The notes under the pieces were generated by a model. The model saw only the letters and a program-made list of their open reading frames with translations, was not told the origin of the DNA and did not search any database. The position numbers were made by a program, and so were the translations under genes. This document shows, one piece after another, positions 28,941-37,753 of a stretch of DNA of 64,000 nt. The number at the start of each line of letters is the position of its first letter. The stretch's first letter is position 1. The stretch covers positions 832,001 to 896,000 of the forward strand of contig OZ244732.1 in assembly GCA_965219345.1 (NCBI GenBank), in the 5' to 3' direction. The stretch is from Nitrosopumilus sp. (GTDB lineage: Archaea > Thermoproteota > Nitrososphaeria > Nitrososphaerales > Nitrosopumilaceae).

Positions 28941-29065
28941 GATTCGGCTGATTTAAGAACAGAATTAAACGTTACTTATACTGATCTCGTACATTATATC
29001 AAAAATTGGAGTTCAGAATAAAAGTTAAATATGTACTTGACTTCAAAACGAACAGGTAAATCGAT

Positions 29066-29398
29066 ATGAATACAAAAATACTTTTCGCAGCAATGTTGGT
29101 TGCTGTATTCACCATGGGCTATTATGCAGATAATACAGTAGCATTTGCACAATACATGGGTAACGTTGGTGGCCAAGGAGAAACAGGTTCTTACACATTA
29201 GAGGAAGCACTTGAGCTTCAACGTCGAAGAATTGAATCCGCCGAAGCAAATCCAGCATCTGGTTCAGGAACTCCATATCTTAGTGCAGATGGTGTTTTCG
29301 GAGCAGCAGCTATTTCAGCCGCAATCTTTGGTGGTATGGCAGGAGCCTTATTCCTTAGAGGAAGATCTGGCAAATACGCAGCAATGGGCAGAGGATAA
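29066..29398 (+). CDS. amoZ: probable ammonia monooxygenase subunit AmoZ
   Basis: Signal peptide, short soluble helical part and a C-terminal TM; located between rps15 and the amo genes, as reported for amoYZ in AOA. Confidence 0.65.
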   Translation: MNTKILFAAMLVAVFTMGYYADNTVAFAQYMGNVGGQGETGSYTLEEALELQRRRIESAEANPASGSGTPYLSADGVFGAAAISAAIFGGMAGALFLRGRSGKYAAMGRG

Positions 29399-29505
29399 AA
29401 ACTTCATTTTTCTCTTATTTTATTAGTCATCTTTAGTGAATACTGATCTCGTTTTTTCCGAAAATAAAAGAAATGTATATATCGCACAAATAGAGCTGAA
29501 ATATC

Positions 29506-29775
29506 ATGATTCCTATCGTAGGTATTTTCCTAAACATCCTGTCAGCAATAACAGGACAACTAGGACCAAACTATGATCCATTATTCTACGATGTAATGAT
29601 TTACATCTTCGGAACCATTATGTTCACTGTATTCCTTCTTGGGATTATCTCATTCTGGTTACGTGTACACGGATGGGCTTACAAAGACAATCGTGAGAGA
29701 TGGGTTGACGAATTGGACAGACACTTTGAAAGAGAAGGTATTGGTCTGATTCCAGACAACGGTAAATACTGGTAA
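29506..29775 (+). CDS. amoY: probable ammonia monooxygenase subunit AmoY
   Basis: 89-aa membrane protein directly after the amoZ candidate; synteny. Confidence 0.65.
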   Translation: MIPIVGIFLNILSAITGQLGPNYDPLFYDVMIYIFGTIMFTVFLLGIISFWLRVHGWAYKDNRERWVDELDRHFEREGIGLIPDNGKYW

Positions 29776-29869
29776 ACTCCCTTTCTTCTTTTCATTATTT
29801 TTAAAAATACCAAGTTGATTATTTGATAATTTAATTTTTTGAAAAACTTGATTTTTTAGTCCGAAATGT

Positions 29870-30400
29870 CTAATTTTCAGGTGGAAGGAAATCGGTATCT
29901 TTGGATTCATCATATGCCTTTGTGGTAAATACTCCCTTGTAGTGATATCCGTCCTGTAATGGATGATTGATGAAATGAGGTGATTCTTTATCATTGACAT
30001 ACATAGTTGATTTGTCCTGATCCATATCTCTTAGAGGAAAGTCCCACATCCACAAAAAGTGACCTATCTCCCATGGATATTCTTCTTCCCATTCTGCATA
30101 AATTGTTCCATCGTCAGTTAATGTGTACATGGCTCTTTGGCATTCCCCATCATTTAGTCCTAAGTTTATGTTGGCAGGAATTGGTGTGGAGAGACCATCA
30201 ATTACGATCTCTAATGTTGCCTTAATTTTGAATGGTGTTTCTCTATCTTCAATACAAGCTTTAAGAGGATCATTTTGGCTAAATTGGCCCTGAATTAGAC
30301 TACTTCCTGCACCTACTGATACCGCAATTATTGCAGTTATTGCTAGAAATTTTAGTATTTTTTTCCTTTTGTAGGGATCACCCATTCCAGGCCAAATCAT
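29870..30400 (-). CDS. membrane-anchored hypothetical protein in the amo cluster
   Basis: N-terminal TM and two Cys in the external domain; downstream of amoB. Confidence 0.75.
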   Translation of the reverse strand: MIWPGMGDPYKRKKILKFLAITAIIAVSVGAGSSLIQGQFSQNDPLKACIEDRETPFKIKATLEIVIDGLSTPIPANINLGLNDGECQRAMYTLTDDGTIYAEWEEEYPWEIGHFLWMWDFPLRDMDQDKSTMYVNDKESPHFINHPLQDGYHYKGVFTTKAYDESKDTDFLPPEN

Positions 30401-30553
30401 AGTGATGACTTTAGATGGATTCCTTAAAGTCCTTTCTCTTATTCATACATAATATTGATTATACTAATTGATCCTGATTTTCTTCAAAAAAATGATTTGA
30501 GAAATTATGATAATCATAATTGATTATAAAATGAAAAGGAAAAGTTGGGTTGT

Positions 30554-31123
30554 TTATATTACTTGCCAGGGTCGTGTTGCAAACGTGATTACATATCCAA
30601 CGCCAATTATGATTGATTGGTATGCAATGTTGGTATATGGAATTGGCTTGATTATCGGATCTCCTTCAACGACAACTGTTTGACCTGGACCAAGTCCTGG
30701 ACCTACATTAGCTACATTGAGTTGAGTGTGTACGTGGTAAACACCTGCTTCAAGTGCTTTTGCAGATAGTGAATATTCGATGACAGCATTTCCTTGAATA
30801 TCAAAGACATTTCCTGGTGGATCTCTTGCTAACATCTCCCATCTGTTTCCAGCATTAGTAGATTCTGAGAAAATGGATAGCCATCCTCTCAAGTCTCTCT
30901 CTACAAGACTGACTAAAGTTCCTTGAAGTGTCAAGGTTTCGCCAGTTTGAAGGGATTGTCTGTTAAAGGTTTCATCTTCAATTCTGATGAAACGACTCTG
31001 GAGTTGTGCTTGGACACCGTGTGCATCTGCAGTTGGAAGAATGGATTCAACCCAGTTGAAACCTAAAGTACCTAATACAAGTACAGCGGCTAGCCCGAAT
31101 ACGAAAATCTTTTTTTCGACCAT
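30554..31123 (-). CDS. amoB: ammonia monooxygenase subunit B
   Basis: MVEKK signal, mature N-terminus HGVQAQLQSRF, YHVHTQ His-brace motif and C-terminal ATRPWQVI. Confidence 0.97.
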   Translation of the reverse strand: MVEKKIFVFGLAAVLVLGTLGFNWVESILPTADAHGVQAQLQSRFIRIEDETFNRQSLQTGETLTLQGTLVSLVERDLRGWLSIFSESTNAGNRWEMLARDPPGNVFDIQGNAVIEYSLSAKALEAGVYHVHTQLNVANVGPGLGPGQTVVVEGDPIIKPIPYTNIAYQSIIIGVGYVITFATRPWQVI

Positions 31124-31198
31124 AGTCCTAATATTCTGAAACATAATACACAGCGTTATATGTTTTACCTTCACAACGAGGATCGATACTTAATGTAA

Positions 31199-31220
31199 TG
31201 TTAATCATTGATGATTAACA
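31199..31220. promoter_or_regulatory. 10-bp perfect inverted repeat in the divergent amoB/amoC spacer
   Basis: TGTTAATCAT-TG-ATGATTAACA. Confidence 0.5.
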
Positions 31221-31362
31221 ATGAAAATGGTAAAAAAATGTTAAAATTATTTCATTTTTAACCATTCAAAATTAATTATTTTTAGAATTTTCCACGAATC
31301 TTATGAATAATTTGATAAAAATTCGTTACTCCAAAAACTCTTACTTTATATTCTGAATTTAC

Positions 31363-31938
31363 ATGATTAATACTATGGCACAGATGCCCGCATTAATCCC
31401 AAAAGAAGTTGAGATTCAAAGACTAAAGAAAGTCTGGCTCATCGTTATTGCTATGGGATCCACTGCAGCATCAGTCGAAGTAGATAACTTCGTTGATGGT
31501 TCTCTACATCAGACTTCTATCAGAGATAGTGCATTTACTCCAGCACATTGGTGGTTGTATTCACACTTCATTACATTACCACTTGGATGGGGAGCAGCAG
31601 CAATCTATGATAGAAAAATACCAATTCTCAGAGGTCCAAATAATTCAATGAACACAGGTTTGAAGATGACCATCCTTGGTTACCTAGCAACTATGTTTAC
31701 AATTGGAGTTAATGAGATGTGGCATTTCTGGTTTGTAGAAGAAATATTTGCGGTTCCAAATCACTGGATGTTTAACATGGGTGTAGTAGTTGCATTCATG
31801 GGCGCACTTGCATACGTAGTCAGAGTATATGCCCGACTCGTAGAACTGGGTGCAGAGACTCCAGGTGAGAATCCGTATGTTGCAGAGATGTACAAGATGG
31901 CCCTAGAAGGCAAATTGTACAGCAGATCAATTCCATAG
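31363..31938 (+). CDS. amoC: ammonia monooxygenase subunit C
   Basis: MAQMPALIPKE, DGSLHQTSIRDSAFTPAH and NEMWHFWFVEEIF. Confidence 0.98.
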   Translation: MINTMAQMPALIPKEVEIQRLKKVWLIVIAMGSTAASVEVDNFVDGSLHQTSIRDSAFTPAHWWLYSHFITLPLGWGAAAIYDRKIPILRGPNNSMNTGLKMTILGYLATMFTIGVNEMWHFWFVEEIFAVPNHWMFNMGVVVAFMGALAYVVRVYARLVELGAETPGENPYVAEMYKMALEGKLYSRSIP

Positions 31939-31940
31939 AC

Positions 31941-31975
31941 AAAAAGTGCAATAGCACACTTTTTTCTCTTTTATT
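31941..31975 (+). terminator. hairpin plus T-tract after amoC
   Basis: AAAAAGTG...CACTTTTT followed by a T-rich run. Confidence 0.55.
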
Positions 31976-32056
31976 ATTTTTAATGTAATCTAGATCGTAT
32001 TACAACCGGCAGCCTAAGAAAGACTTAAAAGGATTCTGCATTAGAATAAATCCATA

Positions 32057-32419
32057 ATGACTCTTCCTAAAGGATTCGGTTCTGGCGGTGGCGGTGGATC
32101 ATCAAGCGCTGACGTAGAACGAATGATTGGACGACGCGTTGAAAATATGACTGGCATGATAACTATTTCATACTGGGCAGCTTTGTTGGCAACTTTTGGT
32201 GGTACTGCAGCTGGATACTTCTATTATCCATGGGCATATCCAACGGCAAGTGGTCACTTTGCATTCATCGTACTTGCAATCATTGAGGCAATAGGTTACA
32301 TCTTCTGTGTTAAAGTCATGGAAGAAGGTTCCAACAAGAATAGTAATGGTATAGTTAGCGGTAGTATTGCTGCTTCAGTAGTATTCGTAATCTTCGTATC
32401 AATGTATGTTGGTTGGTAA
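32057..32419 (+). CDS. amoX: ammonia monooxygenase subunit X
   Basis: MTLPKGFG Gly-rich start and three TM segments; lies between amoC and amoA. Confidence 0.92.
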   Translation: MTLPKGFGSGGGGGSSSADVERMIGRRVENMTGMITISYWAALLATFGGTAAGYFYYPWAYPTASGHFAFIVLAIIEAIGYIFCVKVMEEGSNKNSNGIVSGSIAASVVFVIFVSMYVGW

Positions 32420-32528
32420 CTAGAGGGAAATATCCTCAGACACACCTCTTTTCATTTTAATTTAGGTTCAAAAAACGATCTATATTCCACTCTAAAATTT
32501 TATATACTGACTGCTTATTCTATTCGAT

Positions 32529-33179
32529 ATGGTCTGGTTAAGACGATGTACTCACTATTTGTTCATAGTAGTAGTTGCAGTAAACTCAACACTGTTAACA
32601 ATTAATGCAGGAGATTACATTTTCTATACCGACTGGGCTTGGACTTCATTTACGGTATTCTCAATATCGCAAACGTTGATGCTTGTAGTAGGTGCATGTT
32701 ATTACCTAACATTTACAGGTGTTCCAGGTACAGCGACGTACTACGCTCTGATTATGACAGTATACACATGGATAGCTAAAGGTGCATGGTTTTCACTAGG
32801 ATATCCATATGACTTCATTGTAACTCCAGTTTGGCTACCATCAGCGATGCTGTTGGACTTGGTTTACTGGGCAACAAAGAAGAACAAGCACTCCTTGATA
32901 CTGTTCGGCGGTGTACTAGTAGGAATGTCATTACCATTATTCAATATGGTAAACCTGATAACAGTAGCAGACCCGCTTGAAACGGCATTCAAATATCCGA
33001 GACCGACATTACCACCATACATGACACCGATAGAACCGCAGGTAGGTAAGTTCTATAACAGTCCAGTAGCGCTGGGTGCGGGTGCTGGTGCGGTATTGTC
33101 AGTCACTATGGCTGCGTTGGGTGTTAAACTTAACACTTGGACGTACCGATGGATGGCTGCTTGGTCAAAGTGGGACTAA
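32529..33179 (+). CDS. amoA: ammonia monooxygenase subunit A
   Basis: 216 aa, MVWLRRCTHY...GDYIFYTDWAW...WSKWD. Confidence 0.99.
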   Translation: MVWLRRCTHYLFIVVVAVNSTLLTINAGDYIFYTDWAWTSFTVFSISQTLMLVVGACYYLTFTGVPGTATYYALIMTVYTWIAKGAWFSLGYPYDFIVTPVWLPSAMLLDLVYWATKKNKHSLILFGGVLVGMSLPLFNMVNLITVADPLETAFKYPRPTLPPYMTPIEPQVGKFYNSPVALGAGAGAVLSVTMAALGVKLNTWTYRWMAAWSKWD

Positions 33180-33350
33180 AAATCCAACCTTTTCATTTTA
33201 TTATTTTTCTTTAGAGTAATCTCTAAACGATCAGAACTTTTCCAAATTTACGAAGTTTGTATTTAAGCCATTTTGTGACTAGGAAAAAATTAGTTCAAGA
33301 TCAATTTATTTTATCTAAAGCAGGGATAACGAATTTTACAATATTCGTTA

Positions 33351-34211
33351 TTGAAACAAACCTACAGCCAAATTCTTGGAACACCAAAACCATTTGTAAA
33401 ATGGGCTGGAGGAAAACGCCAATTAATTCCAATTCTTAATGAAAATTTACCTAAAACTTTTGGAACCTATTATGAGCCATTTCTAGGCGGAGGTGCATTA
33501 TTGTTCCATATCTTAACTGAGAGAAATGGACCAAAATGTAGTATCTCTGATCTTAACTCCGATTTGGTATTGGCATATACCACAATTCGGGACAGAGTTG
33601 ATGAACTAATTTCTTCTCTCAAAAGCCATGAAAAAAATTATCAAAAAGATTCAAAATCTTACTATTATTCTGTTAGAGATACCAATCCTAGAAGCGAAAT
33701 TGAAAAGACATCTAGATTGCTCTTTTTGAACAGGACTTGTTTTAATGGATTGTATCGTGTTAACGGCAAAGGAAAATTCAATGTACCTTTAGGAAAATAT
33801 ACAAATCCAAATATTGTAAATGAGGAGAATCTACGTTCTGTTAGTAACATCTTGCAATCAAGCAGAGTTTCAATAAAATGCCGTGATTTTGAGGCAGTTC
33901 TGAGAGATGCCAAAAAAGGAGATCTTGTTTATTTTGATCCTCCATACCAACCAGTTAGTGAAACTTCCAACTTTACCAGTTACACAAACAAGAATTTCAC
34001 ATTTGATGATTTGAGCAGACTTGCAGAACTGTGCATGAAATTAGACTCGAAGGGATGTAGGGTTCTTTTGTCAAATTCAGATTCTAAACAAGTTTCAGAT
34101 ATGTTTGCAAAGAAACCTTGGAAAGTAACCAAAATTCAGGCTAATCGTTCAATTAATTCCAACTCCAAAAAGAGAACTGGACACTTTGAACTATTGATTA
34201 AAAATTATTAG
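33351..34211 (+). CDS. dam: Dam-like (D12 class) N6-adenine DNA methyltransferase
   Basis: KWAGGK, EPFLGGG, FNGLYRVN..G.FNVP.G and DPPY. Confidence 0.93.
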   Translation: MKQTYSQILGTPKPFVKWAGGKRQLIPILNENLPKTFGTYYEPFLGGGALLFHILTERNGPKCSISDLNSDLVLAYTTIRDRVDELISSLKSHEKNYQKDSKSYYYSVRDTNPRSEIEKTSRLLFLNRTCFNGLYRVNGKGKFNVPLGKYTNPNIVNEENLRSVSNILQSSRVSIKCRDFEAVLRDAKKGDLVYFDPPYQPVSETSNFTSYTNKNFTFDDLSRLAELCMKLDSKGCRVLLSNSDSKQVSDMFAKKPWKVTKIQANRSINSNSKKRTGHFELLIKNY

Positions 34212-34249
34212 AAGCTTTGAACGGGATCTGAACCCGTGACCTTTACATT
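34212..34249. repeat. att site: duplicate of the tRNA-Thr 3' half
   Basis: AAGCTTTGAACGGGATCTGAACCCGTGACCTTTACATT versus AAGCTTCGAACGGG... at 37514. Confidence 0.93.
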
Positions 34250-35077
34250 GTCAAATCCTCAGACTCTTGACGATAAATTCTGGCAACGCTATAATCAGCA
34301 TCTACAAAATAATTACAAACATTCTACTATTCAAACTCACAAGTGCTATTCCAGAAAATACTTCCATATACTAAATGACGGCAATGCTCAGGAACTACTC
34401 ACTCTATCTAATCATAAGCGATTAATGGTAATGAGTGCATAGCGTCACTGTCCAAATTCATGGGATGTTATGATTCATGGGAATCTATCAAGAAACGCTA
34501 TCATCTGAAATGGTCACACAATGATGGACTCAGTTTCTTTAATGCAATTACAAATGGGGATAATCTTGATTCCATGTTAAAATGGCTTAAGGATACTATT
34601 TCCAAACTATCTGAATCTGATTCTAATATCTTGATTTATTGTACTGTTACAGGATTAAGGCCTACTGAGACCCGTCATAGTATCGAACTAATCCATACAG
34701 ATCTTGATAACTATCTAAACAAGGACTCTATGATGTTAGAGCACTTCAAATATCCTCGCCAGTTCATTAGAAAAACTAAACATGCCTTTGTCAGTATAGT
34801 AGATGACTCAATAATTGATCTAGCTCAGAATACCTCTCAACGTAGTTACAATTCTACTAGGATGCTCTTACGTAAACAAAGTATTGAAATGCATATGGCT
34901 TTCTGTAGAAAGATCTTTGCTACTTATCTTAGAAATAATGGAATACAACCAGAAATCATTGATCTCTTACAAGGACGTGTTCCAAAGTCAGTCTTCTTGA
35001 GACATTACTATAAGCCAGATCTTGGATGTGGTACTAGAGTAATAACTGAGAAGCTACTTGACGAAATCACGGTTTAA
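34236..35077 (+). pseudogene. C-terminal portion of the tyrosine integrase (intC) with a 1-nt frameshift near 34440
   Basis: TGLRPTE, CRKIFAT, LQGR and RHYY catalytic boxes. Inserting one T (gca t[t]a gcg) joins both ORFs as MSALASLSKFMGCYD. Confidence 0.85.
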
Positions 35078-35827
35078 CACTTATTCTATTCTTACTTAGC
35101 AGCTATAGCTAGATCATGTTCTTTCTATGACGTGTCTTGCTCTAGATTGTGTTTGAAAAATTTGCTGTATGTTGGTATTTTAGAGAGATCTAATATTAAA
35201 GCAGTATTGTGCTCTCACTAATCTGTCGAGGAGATTTCGATCCATTAATTGTAGGAAATAAAGTACTTTCGTTCCAAAGAAAATTCAATAAAAACAACAA
35301 ATTCTAGGTTGATACTCCCTATGAAGATAGAATGTGATGACTGCTGTAAATCTCCACGTCATAAGAATAAACTAACATCCCTAGATCACTAGGTGTGTAG
35401 ATGGAATTGAAGAAATTATTAAAACATACGAAAAATAAAATTTGAATAGAAAATTCTGTTGGTAAATTATGAATTTTTGTTATCTAGATCAAAATCAGGA
35501 TCGGATAATAGGGAAAAGTATTATTACTTATTCATTTTTACAGAGGTTGATTAGATTGGTAGAGGTGTCTGAAAATGGTAATTTTAGTTTATTGTGTAAA
35601 TCCACTTTAATGGGAAACTTTCTCAATTCTGGTACAATTTGGTAGAAATGGCTTATAGTCAGAAATTCATAAAAATTACACACAACATGTTATACGATTC
35701 AAAGGAATTGAGTTATTCATGAATAAGCCTAAACCATGCCGATCTATTTTTAAAGATTGCTATACAAATAGAGAGATCCAAGTGAGAAAAATGATAGGTA
35801 TTAATTCGAGAAACATGGATTTAGGGG

Positions 35828-36082
35828 ATGGTACAAATGTCTTTGCTTAAAGCCAAAGGATTGGTTATACGTAGTGGACAAGCTTCTCCAGTTACTGGAT
35901 ATTTTGTCTATAATGGTAATCCAGAATATGGACAAATCCCATGTTATCCAGAACAAAAAGAAAGAGCGATTGTTTTAGAAAAAGGCCAGATAGCTCCACG
36001 TATATCTTCATGTCAAAATCATGAGGCATTATGGAGATTTGTTGTAGAGAAAAAATCTACTGGTCCAGCACATACTCACTAA
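35828..36082 (+). CDS. small YjzC-like protein (element cargo)
   Basis: SGQASPVTGYF...LEKGQIAP...WRFV repeat pattern typical of the YjzC-like family. Confidence 0.55.
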   Translation: MVQMSLLKAKGLVIRSGQASPVTGYFVYNGNPEYGQIPCYPEQKERAIVLEKGQIAPRISSCQNHEALWRFVVEKKSTGPAHTH

Positions 36083-36605
36083 ATTCTTTTAACTTATGAT
36101 CAGATGCGTAGTCTGAAAGAACAGTTCTAAAGAAATCCTGGAAGCTATCTAATAATTCATCATCATTGGGATTATTACGTAAAGCAGGAATAAAAAAATC
36201 AAGTATCGTGGATTTTTGAGCAATGAAATTATCAAGTTCAAGTGCACTTAGCAAATGGGCTTGTGATCTAACTCTATCAATTATACGATCATAATTATGC
36301 AAAATATTGTCAGTTAATTCTACAATATCAGTACGACTAGTTGGCTCCGAAACTAAAACACCAGAAATGGCAACACAATTCAGATATTCCGTTGCAGTTC
36401 TATTACGTATGTATTTTCTATTTTGACGATCCCGACTAGTAGTTAGAAACCAAACACTCACACCGACTAAAAGAGCAATTTGGATATTGATTAAAATCTG
36501 AAAGAATATTCCATCTTGTACAATAGATTGATTATAGATGCCAATAACAACAAAAGCTACTAATAGAAATACTGACGTAATTCCGACTTGAGATTCTATT
36601 CCCAT
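36057..36605 (-). CDS. hypothetical protein with two N-terminal TM helices (element cargo)
   Basis: Two hydrophobic segments followed by a helical soluble domain. Confidence 0.65.
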   Translation of the reverse strand: MGIESQVGITSVFLLVAFVVIGIYNQSIVQDGIFFQILINIQIALLVGVSVWFLTTSRDRQNRKYIRNRTATEYLNCVAISGVLVSEPTSRTDIVELTDNILHNYDRIIDRVRSQAHLLSALELDNFIAQKSTILDFFIPALRNNPNDDELLDSFQDFFRTVLSDYASDHKLKEFSEYVLDQ

Positions 36606-36738
36606 ATCATAACATCCTCTGTAATCGTTGACTTAGATCTAAGTAATTAAGACTTATGACCAGATCAATAATTGTAATGAATGTTTAGATCATAAAACAC
36701 AATGTTTATAACACTATACCTATTAGGTAAGTATAGAA

Positions 36739-36930
36739 ATGGCAAAAATAACTATTGAGGGTTATCAATGTGAAAGATGTGAACATGAATGGGTTCCACG
36801 TTCTACAACCAAAGGAGAACCAACAATATGTCCTGACTGTAAATCACCATATTGGAACAAACCTAGATTAACTTCAGTAAAACGTAAAACAATAATTCGT
36901 CATTTTAAGAGAAAAGGTACGCAAAAATGA
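36739..36930 (+). CDS. small zinc-ribbon protein
   Basis: CERCEHEW...CPDCKSPYWN and a basic tail; TATA box upstream. Confidence 0.75.
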   Translation: MAKITIEGYQCERCEHEWVPRSTTKGEPTICPDCKSPYWNKPRLTSVKRKTIIRHFKRKGTQK

Positions 36931-37334
36931 TGGATGATATTTTAGAATCTGAATGTGCATAATATCATCATTGACGGAAATCATTCGGAAATGAACGTAC
37001 CAATATACCTTATGCCGCAACTTTTGAATGTCCGAGTTGTAAGGCCATTGGAGATTTTGAGTGGTTGGATGAAGAAACTAGAAAACTAAAGGCACAAAAA
37101 AATCTAGGTTTATTAAATAATGATGAGTCAATTAAAAAAATCCAGGATTTGGAATACAAATTAGAATTATTAACTAAAGAAGTAGAATTAGAGAAGAAGA
37201 AGCGAGAGTTATCTGATGCTGAACTAGAAAAAATTATTTTTTGGGCTAACGATAGAGAAGAGGACTTTCGACATACTGAAGTACTAGCAGAGGAATTAGA
37301 TGATGAATCTAAATTTCGAGAAAACAACAAATAA
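36927..37334 (+). pseudogene. zinc-finger/coiled-coil protein with two in-frame stops
   Basis: ATGA overlap with the previous gene. MMDDILESECA*YHH*RKSFG...FECPSCKAIGDFEWLDEE is in frame with ORF 37065-37334. Confidence 0.6.
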
Positions 37335-37335
37335 C

Positions 37336-37551
37336 ATGTTTAGTAAAGCAAAACGAAATTATCTACAAAATAATGGTCATTTTTCAAAGTTATACAGTTA
37401 CGTACTTGAACATAGAATTAAAGAAAAACTTAAGCAGTTTTACAGATTGGAACTCCCATTAATTGAAGAGTCAAAATCTTACAGAATTTCATAAGAAACT
37501 TACAGAAAATAATAAGCTTCGAACGGGATCTGAACCCGTGACCTTTACATT
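37336..37551 (+). pseudogene. N-terminal portion of the split integrase (intN)
   Basis: MFSKAKRNYLQ...; removing one A near 37473-37476 gives NLTEFHKKLTENNKLRTGSEPVTFT, reading through the att core in the same frame as intC. Confidence 0.65.
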
Positions 37552-37588
37552 ACCAATGTAACGCTCTACCAGACTGAGCTACCGAAGC
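37515..37588 (-). tRNA. tRNA-Thr(GGT)
   Basis: GCTTCGG TAGCTCAGTCTGGTAGAGCG TTACA TT GGT AA TGTAA ... TTCAGAT ... TCGAAGC cloverleaf. Confidence 0.95.
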
Positions 37589-37601
37589 ACAAATTCACCC
37601 T

Positions 37602-37709
37602 GTAGGAAATCCTTATAATTCTTCATCATCTCACAGCCTGACTTTGCGGATGCTGCCCAGGACACAACCGAGCAGGTAGGAAATCCTTATAATTCTTCAT
37701 CATTTCACA
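37602..37709. repeat. 34-bp direct repeat (1 mismatch) flanking a 40-bp GC-rich insert; the repeat contains the tRNA-Thr TATA box
   Basis: GTAGGAAATCCTTATAATTCTTCATCAT(C/T)TCACA at 37602-37635 and 37676-37709. Confidence 0.9.
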
Positions 37710-37753
37710 CCACCCTCTAAACTGTTAAATTTCACACAGATTTTTACTCCTTT

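Larger units (their letters stand above)
34212..37551. mobile_element. ~3.3-kb decayed element integrated at tRNA-Thr(GGT) with a split SSV-type tyrosine integrase
   Basis: 38-bp direct repeats 34212-34249 and 37514-37551 (1 mismatch) correspond to the tRNA 3' half; integrase fragments abut both att sites. Confidence 0.9.

Noticed and set aside
30033-30043. GAGGAAAGTCC, the RNase P RNA CR-I motif
   Set aside because: It lies inside a CDS (antisense of WDFPL codons) and no other RNase P conserved regions flank it.
33351-34211. Dam-like methylase as cargo of the integrated element or part of an R-M system
   Set aside because: It ends immediately outside the left att site and has no adjacent endonuclease.
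37602-37709. Calling this a bona fide CRISPR array
   Set aside because: Only two repeats, the repeat is promoter sequence without a typical CRISPR end motif, and there are no cas genes in the window. Kept only as a hypothesis under findings.
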